The position numbers and the translations under genes are program-made. DNA of 64,000 nucleotides from a cyanobacterium endosymbiont of Rhopalodia gibba. Its GTDB lineage: Bacteria; Cyanobacteriota; Cyanobacteriia; Cyanobacteriales; Microcystaceae. The DNA lies in contig CP067995.1 in the NCBI GenBank assembly GCA_045159875.1, positions 64,001 through 128,000 on the forward strand, in the 5' to 3' direction. This document shows, piece by piece, positions 1 to 12,985 of this stretch. Within the stretch, counting starts at the first letter, position 1, and every line of letters begins with the position of its first letter. Below the pieces are notes generated by a model. The model was not told the origin of the DNA and did not search any database. It saw only the letters and a list, made by a program, of their open reading frames with translations.

Positions 1-1553
1 CTGAGGATGTTAGATTGACAACTGATAACTTCCAAGACTTTTATTCCGACTGCACTCTATAACTCCAATTTTTGTATAGAAAAAAGTCTTTATAATCCTG
101 TAAACTTTAAGTTTTTTTATTATATTTCTTTTCCCATATAGTCTAGAAGAGCTATGTTAATTCATCTACTAAAAAAGTTAGTTTAAATAAGTAAAAAATA
201 TAAACTAGTTTAAAAACAGCGATTACTCGATGTTAACCTACCTAAAAGTTCAGGCAAAAGAATTGAGGAAAGCAAGAACTATCAAAGTTGACTCACAATT
301 CATGAATTCCTTTCAAAACACAAAAAAAATTAGAAATAGTATATTTAAGTGCAAGAGGATAGAAAGTTAAATAAATTATCAATTTGATAACACTATCTGT
401 AAATAAAATTTAAAAAAATATTTTTTATATGAATTGTCAAAGGAAGAGATAAATGGGGCAATTTTCCAAAAAGTATAAGAAAAAAACATTATGCAGAGCT
501 TTTTGTATAAAAATTAAAGAGATAAAAATAAAGTTTAATTGTTAATTAAAAGCTATCGTTATCAGGTAAATAATTACATATAATTGGCATGCAAATTAAA
601 TCATGTTATATTTAGCTATTTAACGTAATTTTTACTTATGGAACAGTAGGTCTAATAGATATAGAGTAGAATTAAATTATCAAAAAGAAGATAGATTCCA
701 AAATATAAAAGCAATTTTAAATATTTATAAAAAGAATATGTATAAAAAGAATACATAGAATAAACAATAAACAAAGAAAATACTTAATAGATAATGATAT
801 ATCTGGAATTGAAATAGTTGATATTCAATGAAATTGCTGTGATTAAAGAGAAAAAGGATTTTAATTAAAGTCGAAGAAGTTGGCGTAAATTTTGAATAAT
901 ATAAATATTATTAATTAATAAACACAATTTTTAAACAAAAAAATAAACCCATAAAATTTTTTAAGGAAAGGAAGTATGTGAAAATAAAAAATACAGTGAA
1001 GATAAAAGAATAAAGAATAATAACTTTTAAGAACAACTTAACTTATATAATTAATTGGTTAAGATCAAATAAAACTGAAATAATAAAAAAAGAATTATAT
1101 CTAGTTTCTTTGTTAACTTATAATCCAGAACTAAATATAGTAGCAGGGAAATAGTATCAAAAAAATATAAAATTCTAGAATAAGTATTCGAAAATGAACA
1201 TAATTAAGTAACTATAGAGAGATAAAATATTGTTTTTGATGTTTATTTAGAGCTATTCACTTAGTAACTGTTTTAGACTCAGTTTTTCTTATTTTATTTT
1301 TGCTTATCTATTTATAGAAAATTAATGATAAATTGGTAGAATGTCCTTGTCAATTACTCCAAGTTGATTGTAAAGTGATTTTAGGAAAATCGATTACTAA
1401 TAATTTTAAGAAAAATAATTGAGTTATTATTGATGTTACTGTACTGAGCCGTTGTGTATTTTAAACTTTGGTATAGTCTAAGTCTATAAAAACTGTCAAT
1501 TGATCTCTCCTATCACTCTCTCTTTCTCTTAGTCTCAATTACCAATTTAGATA

Positions 1554-2402
1554 ATGAACATTTTACCCCATCGGCTAATTTTAGATCCATTAATTAACAC
1601 ATGGTTACGAGAAGATGTGGGGCGAGGCGACCGCACCGCTCAAGGTTTATCTTTACAACAATGGGGACAAGCGCAATGGTTAGCTAAAGAAACAGGAGTT
1701 ATTGCAGGGATGCCCATAGCCGCTAGGGTATTTGAACTATTGAGCGATCAAGTTCAAGTCAATTATGCAATTGCCGAAGGAAACCCGGTACAACCGTCAC
1801 AAGTGATTACTACGTTTAACGGACCTTTGGATGTGCTGTTGATGGGAGAAAGGGTCGCCTTAAATTTAGCAATGCGCCTAAGTGGAATTGCCACAGCTAC
1901 TCAAAAATACACAGAGGTGATCGCAGACCTTCCCACTCAATTGGTAGACACTCGGAAAACAACCCCTGGCTTAAGAATTTTAGAAAAGTATGCCACTCGA
2001 GTGGGAGGAGCAGTTAATCATCGTATGGGGTTAGATGATGCAGTAATGATCAAAGATAATCACATCAAAGCAGCAGGGGGTATTAAAGCAGCTATTGATA
2101 GTATTCGCCGGACTACACCTTACCCTCTCACTATAGAAGTAGAGACTACCACTCTAGAAGAAGTAAACCAAGCCCTGGAGGGTGCTGCTGATATCATTAT
2201 GTTGGATAATATGGAATTGGCCTTAATGAAACAGGCGGTGCAACTTATCCGCAATAAAAACGTTAAAGTAAAAATTGAAGCCTCGGGTAATGTTAGCTTA
2301 ACAACCATTCGATCTATAGCAGAAACGGGGGTTGATTATATTTCAAGTAGTGCACCCATTACGCGCTCACCCTGGTTGGATTTAAGTATGAGAGTCTTGT
2401 AA
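1554..2402 (+). CDS. nadC: Nicotinate-nucleotide pyrophosphorylase (quinolinate phosphoribosyltransferase)
   Basis: 282 aa; motifs DTRKTTPGLR, NHRMGLDDAVMIKDNH, IEASG. Confidence 0.97.
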   Translation: MNILPHRLILDPLINTWLREDVGRGDRTAQGLSLQQWGQAQWLAKETGVIAGMPIAARVFELLSDQVQVNYAIAEGNPVQPSQVITTFNGPLDVLLMGERVALNLAMRLSGIATATQKYTEVIADLPTQLVDTRKTTPGLRILEKYATRVGGAVNHRMGLDDAVMIKDNHIKAAGGIKAAIDSIRRTTPYPLTIEVETTTLEEVNQALEGAADIIMLDNMELALMKQAVQLIRNKNVKVKIEASGNVSLTTIRSIAETGVDYISSSAPITRSPWLDLSMRVL

Positions 2403-2419
2403 GATTCAAATTTTATAGT

Positions 2420-2900
2420 TGATGGTTAACTGTAAAAGAGTACTTTTGAGATAAAGTTGTTGTGATCCAATACCTTCTAAGTCAGCATGTTCTACCTGGG
2501 TGCCCTGTAATAGAGAAAATGCCTTGAAAAATTTCTTTTTCTTATGTCAGCTTGGGGTAAATCGGCTCTTGATAAGTTATCATAGCTAAAATCGGCATCT
2601 TATAGTGTTGTTTCCACTAAAGATGCGCTTTGCAAGTCACGACCGCAAAAATAGACTTCTATTAAATTTAAGTGTCTAAGTAAAGTTCCTGCAAAAAAAG
2701 TCATAGCTAAACTTAGATTACTCCCTTCAATATCTAAGAAAATTGTTCTGTACAAATTAGCATTACGATAGTCGATATTGTTCACATTAGCTCCTTGTAA
2801 ACTACCTTTGGATAGGTAAACTTCAACAACTAAATTAACTCCTGACAAATCGACCCCGGTCAGATTATCCCCAACAATATCTTTTATTTTACTATTACGA
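2420..2900 (-). pseudogene. Decayed pentapeptide-repeat protein
   Basis: Fragment ORF 2600-2848 has degenerate A(N/D)Lxx repeats (LQGANV, YRNANLY, DLQSASL); stops on both sides. Confidence 0.6.
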
Positions 2901-3075
2901 ATATCATCTAAACCTATGGGTTTGATTCATGATATGTTTTCGGAAAACTTTTAAATAGATTTAACATTTAATTGAGTTGAGGTAGAAAGTAAAGAAAAAA
3001 TTCCCTGTTAAATTCGATAGAATTAACATCGAGAGTGTCACAATTTTGAACAGATTTATAGATCACGAAACTGTA

Positions 3076-4317
3076 ATGACCATAACCCCCATTTCTACCA
3101 CTTCAGCCACGCAACGCCAATATCCTGATACTTTAGGACGTTTTGGCAGTTATGGTGGAAAGTATGTTCCCGAAACCTTAATGCCAGCCTTAAGCGAACT
3201 AGAAACTGCCTACAGTCACTACAAAGATGATCCCAATTTTCGAGAAGAATTAAATCAATTGTTACGAGACTATGTAGGAAGACCTAGTCCTCTCTACTTT
3301 GCTGAACGCTTAACTACTCGTTATAGTCATTCTGATGGTAATGGTCCTCAAATTTACCTCAAACGAGAAGATTTAAACCATACTGGAGCGCATAAAATTA
3401 ATAATGCCCTGGGACAAGTGCTGTTAGCCAAAAGAATGAATAAAAAGCGCATTATCGCTGAAACAGGGGCAGGTCAACATGGAGTGGCGACGGCCACTGT
3501 TTGCGCCCGTTTTGGTCTGGAATGCATGATTTACATGGGCGTTCACGACATGGAACGTCAAAAATTGAATGTTTGTCGCATGAATTGGTTGGGGGCTACT
3601 GTAAAACCTGTTGAAGTGGGAACAGGAACTCTTAAAGATGCTACCTCACAAGCTATTAGAGATTGGGTAACAAATGTAGAAACAACGCATTACATTCTTG
3701 GATCAGTAGCTGGTCCCCATCCCTATCCTATGATAGTGCGTGATTTTCATCAAATTATCGGACAAGAAACCCGTCGCCAAAGTTTAGAAAAATGGGGCGG
3801 TTTACCTGATATTCTTTTAGCTTGTGTAGGAGGGGGTTCTAATGCTATAGGACTATTTTATGAGTTCCTCGATGACCCTTCTGTCCGGTTAATTGGAATC
3901 GAAGCCGCGGGGGAGAGTATTGTGTCTGGAAAACACGCTGCAACCTTAACAACAGGTCGTCCGGGAGTCTTACATGGAGCAATGAGTTATCTCTTACAAG
4001 ATGAAGATGGCCAAGTGATTGAAGCCCATTCTATCAGTGCTGGATTAGATTATCCTGGGGTTGGTCCGGAACATAGTTATCTTAAAGATAGCCATCGTGC
4101 GGAATATTATAGTGTTACCGATGCGGAGGCAGTAGCAGCTTTTCAACAGTTGTCTCAATTAGAAGGGATTATTCCCGCTTTAGAAACTTCTCACGCAATT
4201 GCCTATTTGGAAACTCTTTGTCTTCAATTGGAAGGTAGTCCTCGTATTATTATAAATTGTTCGGGACGAGGGGATAAAGATGTACAAACGGTAGCTAAAT
4301 ATTTAAATAATGAATAA
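3076..4317 (+). CDS. trpB: Tryptophan synthase beta chain
   Basis: [19 protein letters not shown] motif, [25 protein letters not shown] at 3076 preferred over TTG at 3046. Confidence 0.98.
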   Translation: MTITPISTTSATQRQYPDTLGRFGSYGGKYVPETLMPALSELETAYSHYKDDPNFREELNQLLRDYVGRPSPLYFAERLTTRYSHSDGNGPQIYLKREDLNHTGAHKINNALGQVLLAKRMNKKRIIAETGAGQHGVATATVCARFGLECMIYMGVHDMERQKLNVCRMNWLGATVKPVEVGTGTLKDATSQAIRDWVTNVETTHYILGSVAGPHPYPMIVRDFHQIIGQETRRQSLEKWGGLPDILLACVGGGSNAIGLFYEFLDDPSVRLIGIEAAGESIVSGKHAATLTTGRPGVLHGAMSYLLQDEDGQVIEAHSISAGLDYPGVGPEHSYLKDSHRAEYYSVTDAEAVAAFQQLSQLEGIIPALETSHAIAYLETLCLQLEGSPRIIINCSGRGDKDVQTVAKYLNNE

Positions 4318-4330
4318 TTAACTATTATTT

Positions 4331-4378
4331 CAGTTCTGTGATATCCCCTAAATGATATTGGAAGATATCACAGAACTG
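4331..4378 (+). terminator. Hairpin after trpB, probable terminator
   Basis: 15-bp perfect arms CAGTTCTGTGATATC / GATATCACAGAACTG followed by GTTTT. Confidence 0.7.
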
Positions 4379-4399
4379 GTTTTACCATTATCGCTTTAT

Positions 4400-5110
4400 T
4401 GATAGCTTGATTTATTGAAATTTCTATAATTTTAGGATTTTTGAGTGCGGAAATATTTTTCATTTTTTGAATAACAGTTTTTAATGGAGTTTAAATCAGG
4501 AGAATAAGAAGATAAAAATGCGACTTGTCCCCTATAGATTTCATTACTTTTCTAAATTTTGTAATACAGTAAATTCTCTATAACCAAACAAGCTTATGGT
4601 CAGATTTGTGGTATCAGTACTTCTATTTTAGAAATAAGAAAAAATTTTTTATTTGTCTATTGTTCAATAGTAAAAGGGACAGAAGCATAGGTATTGCACA
4701 CCTTTTCTCTATCTTATTGTCTTTTTTGTTAATCAAAAGTTAGAAAATTTTTTAAACAAGTTACTGTTAATTGGAACTCAATATCTGGTAATTTTTAGCT
4801 GAAGATTGAAGTCTTCCTCAAAATAGGAACAAGACAATGACATACAAAAACTAGAAAGTTTAATAAATAATTAAACGCTTTAAAGAAATAAGATTTATAT
4901 TTTTGGTATAAACTAAATTAGCCAATCACCTAAAGTATTAAACCAATTGAATGAGTTGTCATATTATTCGTGTCCAATATACCAATTAAATGGTGCCTTA
5001 AGTTAGTTTAATTTTTTAAAAAGTTAAATTTTTTGATAAAATTTAATAACAGACTGCTAATTGTCTACTCGACCCATGTTGACAAATTAATCAACTCCTA
5101 ATCGAGGATA
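4400..5110 (-). mobile_element. IS630-family transposase remnant (pseudogene)
   Basis: Minus-strand translation gives FLSSYSPDLNSIKNC (cf. LPPYSPDLNPIE) and VLIPQI*P*ACLVIENL (cf. LVPQLWPGACVVMDNL); many stops. Confidence 0.8.
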
Positions 5111-5296
5111 TTCGTGAATGATTCGGTTAAACTTTTGATTATACAATAACCTGGGGTAATATTTATTCTTCGTCTTCTTTCTTATTAAGAACAAACGAAT
5201 AAAGCTAAGATAGACTTAACAGAAGTCTTTTTGCAAGATTTGAAGATCAACAAAAGATGCCATAATGAATCCTGGGTCAATAAGAGGAAACTGGAC

Positions 5297-7111
5297 ATGC
5301 GACTGTCTCAAATGCTTTTTGTCACTCTAAGAGAAGATCCTGCCGAAGCAGAAATTCCTAGTCATAAACTGCTATTGAGAGCGGGATACATCCGTCGCAT
5401 GGGTAGTGGAATTTATACTTATTTACCACTGATGTGGCGGGTTTTACAAAAGGTATCCCGGATTGTCCGTGAAGAAATGAACCTTGTCAACGCTCAAGAA
5501 TGTTTACTTCCTCAACTGCAACCGGCAGACTTATGGCGAGAGTCAGGTCGATGGGAAACCTATACTAAAGCAGAAGGGATTATGTTTTCTTTGGTCGATA
5601 GACGACGCATCCAATTAGGACTGGGACCAACCCATGAGGAAGTGATCACTACTCTTGCTAAGGACATGATCCATTCCTATCGTCAATTACCTGTCAATTT
5701 ATACCAAATTCAAACTAAGTTTCGTGACGAAATTCGCCCCCGTTTTGGGTTAATGCGGGGACGGGAATTTATTATGAAGGATGCCTATTCCTTCCACACT
5801 TCTCCTGAAAGTCTTCAAAAAACTTACGAAGCTATGGACCAAGCTTATCGGAACATAATTCGTCGTTGTGGTTTGGCTTTTAGAGCTGTACAAGCAGATT
5901 CAGGAGCGATCGGGGGCTCAGCCTCTCAGGAGTTTATGATTCTTGCTGAAGCAGGGGAAGATACAATCTTCTATACCGAAGATGGAAAATATGCAGCTAA
6001 TGTGGAAAAAGCGGTCTCTTTGCCTCTTGATGAGGAAAAGTCTCCTTTTACTAAATCAGAGAGACGAGAAACTCCAGCAACCGATACTATAGAGAAACTC
6101 TGTAAATTCTTGAAATGCTCCTCCACAATGATAGTCAAAAATGTCCTCTATGAGGTTTTGTATGATAGTGGAAAGACTGTTATAGTATTAGTTGCAATTC
6201 GTGGAGATCACGAAGTAAACGAAGTCAAGTTAAGAAATGAATTAGCAACATTTGCTCCTCAATATCAAGGAAGTGCAGTTTTAGATTTAGGAACTTCTAA
6301 TAAAACATCACAACAAAAATGGGCGACTAAACCTTTACCATTAGGATATATTGCTCCCGATCTAGAGGACGATTATATCGACAATAACAAAGATTACGCC
6401 CCTAAATTCTTGAGAATAGTGGATAAAACTGTTATAGAGTTAAAAAACTTCATCACGGGGGCTAATGAGAATGGATATCATCAAATAGGGGCTAATTGGG
6501 ATAAAGAGTTTAAGTCGCCAAAAGTAGTAGTAGATGTAAGAACAGCTATGCTCGGTGATCGCGCGGTTCATAATCCCAAACAAACTCTAAAAACTGCTAG
6601 AGGAATTGAAGTCGGACATATTTTCCAATTAGGAACAAAATATTCCCGAGCAATGGGGGCAACCTTTACCAATGAAAAAGGAGAAGAACAGCCCTTAGTT
6701 ATGGGATGTTACGGAGTGGGAGTTTCTCGTCTAGCTCAAGCGGCTGTGGAACAGTCTTATGATAAGGATGGAATTATTTGGCCAGTGGCAATCGCCCCTT
6801 ACCATGTAATCGTAGTTATTCCCAATATTAATGATTACAAACAGATAGAAGTGGCTGAGAAACTTTATAATGAGTTAAATCAAGCAGGGGTAGAAACCCT
6901 CTTAGATGACAGAAATGAACGGGCCGGAGTTAAATTTAAGGATGCGGAATTAATTGGTATTCCCTATCGTATTGTGACAGGGCGATCACTCAAATATGGT
7001 AAGGTAGAAGTGGTAGAACGGGCAAAGAAAAACTCCCGAGAGATAGCTATTGAGGAAGTAGTAGTTACCTTGAAACAATGGGTCACTGAAGTAGGGACAC
7101 AACCACAATAA
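5297..7111 (+). CDS. proS: Proline--tRNA ligase
   Basis: MRLSQ start, [38 protein letters not shown]. Confidence 0.98.
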   Translation: MRLSQMLFVTLREDPAEAEIPSHKLLLRAGYIRRMGSGIYTYLPLMWRVLQKVSRIVREEMNLVNAQECLLPQLQPADLWRESGRWETYTKAEGIMFSLVDRRRIQLGLGPTHEEVITTLAKDMIHSYRQLPVNLYQIQTKFRDEIRPRFGLMRGREFIMKDAYSFHTSPESLQKTYEAMDQAYRNIIRRCGLAFRAVQADSGAIGGSASQEFMILAEAGEDTIFYTEDGKYAANVEKAVSLPLDEEKSPFTKSERRETPATDTIEKLCKFLKCSSTMIVKNVLYEVLYDSGKTVIVLVAIRGDHEVNEVKLRNELATFAPQYQGSAVLDLGTSNKTSQQKWATKPLPLGYIAPDLEDDYIDNNKDYAPKFLRIVDKTVIELKNFITGANENGYHQIGANWDKEFKSPKVVVDVRTAMLGDRAVHNPKQTLKTARGIEVGHIFQLGTKYSRAMGATFTNEKGEEQPLVMGCYGVGVSRLAQAAVEQSYDKDGIIWPVAIAPYHVIVVIPNINDYKQIEVAEKLYNELNQAGVETLLDDRNERAGVKFKDAELIGIPYRIVTGRSLKYGKVEVVERAKKNSREIAIEEVVVTLKQWVTEVGTQPQ

Positions 7112-7879
7112 GCAACAAAATAAGATTCATCATTCTATAAAGAGATAGTATCAAAGTTGTGACTTCTTATTGTCAATATACGTTGCAGTTTATTTTTCAG
7201 TTCTCCTAACTCCATCTAAATCAATAGATTTTTGGTGAGAACTGCGCTTAACACTTCTGCTTAAAAATCTAAATAGTATCGATAACTGTTATCGGTTGAT
7301 TGTGAACGAGTCACGGTTGTTTTAAATGTTTTACCTCTTCTAGACTAGTCACGACAAAATTCTAATAAAAAAAGTTGAAAGTACTACTTAACTGCTAATT
7401 CATAATACTCGGTCTAAAAGAGACTAAGATTTTTCTCATAATCAAGTAATTGCGCTGATCAGCAATGTGAAAACATTGTAAGTTATCATTTAATTTTCTC
7501 ATTAAAAATGGTCCGTGTCCTCTTCTCCTTTTAGATCTAGAGAATTTACTGTATTTTGCTCAATCTCTACTAATTTTTTTTCTAAGTTAAAAATTAACTC
7601 CAAATCCCAAATTTTAATTTCTAGACAATTAAAAAACAGATAGATTTTTATTACAATGGTTAAGATTGGAGAGAAAATTGTGATGAGCGTTAATAATTGT
7701 ATTAGTAAACCCTTTGGCTAAAACTAATTTACATTTCTACAAAGTTTTTTTACACCAATGATACTCAATTATTTCTTTAAACTAAGTTTGTTTTGAAAAA
7801 AATTTTAAATTTGGTTATAATTTTTGATCGAAGCTGATTGATTAATGGTCAAATATTAAATTAAAATTGTTCTGAAAAA

Positions 7880-8822
7880 AAATTCAATCATAGCAGTAGC
7901 TTCAATTTGCCTGGCAACGTAAATCTAGTTCAATCACATCTTTAAAAACTTTCACCTGCGATCACCCATAAACTTGTCATTTTTCCGTCATTTCTGGCTT
8001 AACGTTTAACCATTGTCACTGAGGAATTTCATAAAGACCTATTTCACCAGAAATTGGAGGTTGGAGGTCAAGAACCCACTGGACTTATATTTTCTTCAAG
8101 AACACCACAAAACTGTGGCAATTCATACAAACTAATGGAGCGTAAAAGTTTTCCAAATTTCGTACATTCATTTTTTTCAAAATCGCTTTCTGTGCTTCGT
8201 TATAAATTTTGTGGTTTTCGGCTTCTGCGTCTATATATAGCGTAAAATTTTATTATTTTAAAGCATTTTTTCATCCATCTACAACGAGTTTGTTTGGAAA
8301 AGATTGCTCCTGGACTATCGAGTTCAATGGCAATAAGAATGGGAATTAATAATACCCCAGTAATGCCCCATTCTACTAGACTACCAAAAATATCAATGGA
8401 GCGTTTAATCCGAGAACTGACTGAAGAATGGGTTTTGAGAAGCTGTAGATTATTCGTCGAGGATATCGTCATTTTTCTTATATCCAGGATTTAGATAATC
8501 AGGAAGAACTTCATCGAGTCCTGTCATGGATAAAACTAGCATAATAGGGGGATGGAGATGATGTCAAATCATTTCAAAGTTATAATTTTTTGCTACTTTA
8601 AAGTCGTGAACTAATGCTCCAACCCCACTACTATCTAATGAATTGAGTCTGAGTAAAATTGAGGATTAATTGTCGGGTAACGGGGCTATTATCAAGCCAT
8701 TGATGACAAATGTCGTTAAATACTACTGCTTCTAGAACTGTCAGTCTCAGGGGTATCTGCATCATTGGCTGATTGTCAACAACAACAATTGGAAACTTTA
8801 ATTCTAGTATCTGGCGAGTCAT
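7880..8822 (-). pseudogene. Fragmented STAS (anti-sigma antagonist)-sugar transferase fusion, WcaJ/WbaP-like priming glycosyltransferase
   Basis: Fragments 8631-8822 (STAS-like), 8200-8472 (IKRSIDIFGSLV...ELDSPGAIFSKQTR); further degenerate sugar-transferase pieces downstream; frameshifts and stops. Confidence 0.8.
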
Positions 8823-8963
8823 ATATGAAAATTTAAAATTACAAGTCAGACATCACTTAATTTTACGTCTTTGGCAAATTATGAAGGTAGGAATTGGCTT
8901 AATTTCTTTTCTTCGTTGTCAAACTGTTAACACAAAACTCTTAATGGTGTTAATAATCTTTTA

Positions 8964-9614
8964 TTAAAGAGGAGGACGTTGAACTGGGTTTTGCTGCATT
9001 TTAGCTTTTGCCTTGGCTGCACTTTTTCTGAGAGCTTGGAGACGAGTTTCATATCGTTTCCGTTGGCGACGGTTTGGGGTTTGCTCAATGAGAGTTTTTA
9101 AAGCACTACCAAGACTTTTATAGGCATTGGGTAGGGAATACCCGAAACGGGTGGCTAGGATAATTGCTTTTTCATCTCCATCAAGGGATTCTCGGAGTTT
9201 CCGTTCACCGTTATTTTTCTGCCAGAGTCGATAGCCAGAAATTCCGCATAAAGCAAGAGCTAATAAGAGTAGTAAACCATCTTGTACCCAAAGTTCGCCA
9301 ACCGCTCCCCCTAAACCAATAGCCAGAGCAGCCATTTCCCACCCTTCTCTGGGAATTGTGTCATTTTGAATTCTGGCAACTTCATGCCAAAAGAGTAGAT
9401 TACGCTGGTCAATGGAGAAGTTTTCCCATTGAGTCAGATCAACTTGTATTTCAACTTCATCTTTTCCAAGTTCTTCACAGCGAAGCAGAGAAGGATTGAC
9501 TTCAGTGCTACCTTCGACCATGACCCAACTTTGCAATTCCGGTGGTAATAAGGTTTTAAGCCGTCGAAGTTCACTCATTTCTGCTCTGGCAGATGAAGCT
9601 ACGTAGGATGTCAT
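8964..9614 (-). CDS. DUF3318-family cyanobacterial membrane protein
   Basis: 216 aa; ELRRLKTLLPPELQSWV, RNLLFWHEVARIQNDTIP, WEMAALAIGLGG recognised from family memory. Confidence 0.85.
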   Translation of the reverse strand: MTSYVASSARAEMSELRRLKTLLPPELQSWVMVEGSTEVNPSLLRCEELGKDEVEIQVDLTQWENFSIDQRNLLFWHEVARIQNDTIPREGWEMAALAIGLGGAVGELWVQDGLLLLLALALCGISGYRLWQKNNGERKLRESLDGDEKAIILATRFGYSLPNAYKSLGSALKTLIEQTPNRRQRKRYETRLQALRKSAAKAKAKMQQNPVQRPPL

Positions 9615-9622
9615 AGGATTTT

Positions 9623-9660
9623 TTATGTTAATTAACTATACTTATGTTAATTAACTATAC
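9623..9660. repeat. Perfect 19-bp tandem duplication
   Basis: TTATGTTAATTAACTATAC x2, each containing the palindrome GTTAATTAAC. Confidence 0.95.
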
Positions 9661-9754
9661 TATTACAAGGATGTTATCTCTGATTGTAGCGATCCCAAAT
9701 ATTAGAGTTCACCACTTGTATCATAATTTTAGTTTGGGTTTCACCTAAAGGCAA

Positions 9755-10561
9755 TCAACGGGGTAAAACACCCCATTGTTGGATGAGAATAAAGACTGCT
9801 ACGACAATTAAAAAATAACCAAATCCTTTTTCTAGTTGCTTGGCTTGAACATATTGAGATAAATACGCCCCGAAAAAGGTTCCGAAACTTGCTACTAGGG
9901 TAAATGAGGCTATTAAACTCCAATCAAGAGGAACTTTCCCCACGTATCCTAGAAATCCAGCTATTCCATTTAAGGCAATAATTACCAAGGAGGTTCCAAT
10001 AGCCTCTTTTATCTGGGTATTCCCTAACAAAACTAAGGCTGGAACGATAACAAATCCTCCCCCAACTCCCACTAGTCCGATCAAAATCCCGATGCCGAAC
10101 CCTTCTAAGACCAACCAAAGCCAACTATATCGATAGACGAGGTGAATCTTTTGATTAGAGTCAGTATTTTCTTTAAAAAGAGATGAAGGGGGTAAGATAT
10201 TTTTTCGAATGATCAAAACGGCCGCTAAGATCATCATTATAGCAAATAGTAGCAGTTGGATTGTTTCTGTAATAAAAGGAAGAATAGCTAAATTAGCTCC
10301 CAAAAAAGCCCCTAACATGGTAGCTTTCCCAAATAAAAATGCTTTTTTAAGATTCACATTCCCTTTACGCCAGTGGGGAATTGCCCCGATAATGCTGACG
10401 ATCCCTACAATAATTAAGGTCATGGCAATCGCACTTTTGGGAGGAATTCTCATAACATAGACTAAAATGGGCAGAGTAAGAACTGAGCCTCCTCCCCCTA
10501 ATAGTCCTAGACTAATCCCAATACAACCAGCCAGCAGATGTCCAATGATTTGTATCAACAT
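9755..10561 (-). CDS. Sulfite exporter TauE/SafE family protein
   Basis: 268 aa, multi-TM, two Gly-rich GLLGGGG / GLVGVGGGF motifs. Confidence 0.92.
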   Translation of the reverse strand: MLIQIIGHLLAGCIGISLGLLGGGGSVLTLPILVYVMRIPPKSAIAMTLIIVGIVSIIGAIPHWRKGNVNLKKAFLFGKATMLGAFLGANLAILPFITETIQLLLFAIMMILAAVLIIRKNILPPSSLFKENTDSNQKIHLVYRYSWLWLVLEGFGIGILIGLVGVGGGFVIVPALVLLGNTQIKEAIGTSLVIIALNGIAGFLGYVGKVPLDWSLIASFTLVASFGTFFGAYLSQYVQAKQLEKGFGYFLIVVAVFILIQQWGVLPR

Positions 10562-10666
10562 ATCAACAGTTATATTTTCATATAATTAACGATTAGGAAA
10601 CAAAAGACATAAGGCAACAATTAGAGTCTCCCTCCTCACCCTAACCTCATTTATGCTTACGTTAAA

Positions 10667-11450
10667 TAACGTAAGTTCGACGAAATTTGAAAATATGGTT
10701 GTTATTTTCAATATCTAAGTCAAAATACGACGAGGTTAATGATTATCTAAAATAATAACCGCCAACAATCTAGACTACAATGGTTGTTTAAAAACAGCAG
10801 AAAACAAGGTTAGCTTATCTTTGAACTCTAAGTTGAGAGAAGGTTTTTTAAGTAAATGAACATAAGAGATCAGTCGAGAACAAAGGTTAACAAAACAGTT
10901 CCAAATACTTCAATTTCTCGAATGTTCAATCTGAGAGATATTTTTAAGTTGGTCGTTAATCGTTTCAACTAAAAGAACGCTTACGCGATAATATTTTATC
11001 ACTCGGTCTTACTAACTTTTGCTTCATCTCCAATTAATGACGAGTCATTAATTGAAGTCCTTGTTAATAGAGTTTTTTAAAGAGTTCTTAAAATAAGATA
11101 TTTTCCGTCTCCCAATAATTGGCCAATTAAACCTCACCTTAATCTGGAAATCAGTTTACGGTTATCTGTATTACTTGAACTTAACTGAAAAGTCCATAAT
11201 TTACCGCGGTCGTTTATCATTAAAGGTAGTTTAAATCCCTAATGTCATCTCATAGAATTCTAGACCTATCGAACCAAGCCACGAGAAACTCGGTGGACTC
11301 TACTGTACTGCAAACTCGGCAACAGACATCTATCGCAGTAGATTCGAAAGAATTAGTCCTTGTGATTTCTCTTTTCTTATTCGGCGACGAACATTACAGT
11401 AACGTCATTTTCTAAGGTATTAAGTTCAACAAAATGATTATAATTTACTA
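10667..11450 (-). mobile_element. IS982-family transposase remnant
   Basis: Minus strand: [44 protein letters not shown], matching the IS982 C-terminus; TAACGTAAGTTCGA end-like motif at 10667. Confidence 0.85.
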
Positions 11451-12298
11451 GATTTATACAATGCAATGCTTTTTTGCAATTGCAATGGAGAATAACCTAT
11501 AATGCATAAAATTTTTTCTTTCAAGGTTCGATTAAAGAGTTCGGATACTTACCTCTGTATTTTAATAACTTCCTCCATTCGATAAGTTTTTTATTCTTTT
11601 GCTGAAACAGATATAATTTGACAGTGAGTCAACTCTACTTTTTTTAGTCAAGAATTACTACCTTTACAGAAAAAAAATAGAAAGTTCTTCGGGTGGCTAA
11701 TCTGTCTCCTGTTATCAGTAATTCTAGCAAATAATAATTATTATTTGCTAACTTAATTAAGCAATGGACTAACATTACACTGTCTTAAATTAGGAGTAGA
11801 AGATTGAACCTTATTCACAAAAACATCAGAAGCATTAAAAATTAAGATTGGGACGAGTAATGTTTTTTGAGTCTTGGGGATAGTTCAATTTACTTAAATC
11901 AGAAAATTTCAGTAACATAAGATTAATTTCATGTTGATCATCCCCTTAATTTATTTATAAAATACCACTGATTAAGGATGATTCGTTGTATCTTTTCAAT
12001 TTTGTAATTATTTATAGATAATCATCTTTAGTGGATTTTTTATTTTCTAAATATCAGCGACTACAGGAATATTAAGACTCAAGTTTACAGATAAACACCG
12101 TATTAGAATAATTATTGTTTTTTTGAACGATGGACTTATTATTAGAAATATTTCTCTCGAAATAAAATGTTTATTCTGACGATGAAGATAACAATTGATT
12201 ACAAGGCAAGCTTTCAACCAAGTAAATCAATTATCTCTTAGTAAGATATTTTTTTGTTGACTACCTTTTTTAGAGTGATTTTAAAACCTAATTTTTTT

Positions 12299-12985
12299 TT
12301 AAATTTTTCCACAATTTTTATTAGCGGGTATAGCTTCCATTATCTTTTTAGGATTGGGTAAATTAAGATTATTCATAAAGGTAATAAAGTTGGTTTTATC
12401 CCGTCCTCCAAAGCGAGGGTTCCATTTCTTTTCCTCTCCAATAGTAGAAACCGTGTGACCTCGATAGTCGTGACCAGGATAAACTAAGATATCATCAGAT
12501 AAAGTAAAGAGTCGCTGAGTGACTGAGTCATAAAGGGTTGCTGCATCTCCACTTTGAAAGTCGGTGCGTCCACATCCCCGAATAAATAAAGCATCACCTG
12601 TCAATAAGTGAGTTTTATTAACTAAGTGTGCTAGATGACTATCCGTGTGACCAGGGGTGGCGATCGCCTCTATACTAATTTCTCCGAGTTGTAAGATTTC
12701 GTGGTCTTTCAAAAACCGATCGGCGCAGGTAATTCTGGAATTTTCGGGAATAATTCCCAGACATCCTGTCATTTCTCTTAGCTTTCCTGTTCCTGTAATG
12801 TGATCAGCATGAATGTGGGTTTCTAAACAGTATTTGAGGATTAATCCTAGTTCTTCTAAAAGTTGGCAATCGCGTTCAATTTGTTCAAATACTGGATCAA
12901 CCAGTAACGCTTCTTTTGTCGTGCGATCAGCGATGAGATAAGTGTAGGTTGAAGATTCCCCATCAAAGAGTTGACGAAATAGCAT
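12299..12985 (-). CDS. MBL-fold metallo-hydrolase, ETHE1-like persulfide dioxygenase
   Basis: MLFRQLFD..SSTYTYL, ETHIHADH, TPGHT, RGCGRTDFQ, YPGHDY. Confidence 0.92.
   Translation of the reverse strand: MLFRQLFDGESSTYTYLIADRTTKEALLVDPVFEQIERDCQLLEELGLILKYCLETHIHADHITGTGKLREMTGCLGIIPENSRITCADRFLKDHEILQLGEISIEAIATPGHTDSHLAHLVNKTHLLTGDALFIRGCGRTDFQSGDAATLYDSVTQRLFTLSDDILVYPGHDYRGHTVSTIGEEKKWNPRFGGRDKTNFITFMNNLNLPNPKKIMEAIPANKNCGKI

Noticed and set aside
1..1500. AT-rich stretch with faint sulfotransferase-like traces (FPKS near 463, FLRKGSM*K*K near 960)
   Set aside because: Too degenerate to call without an HMM search.
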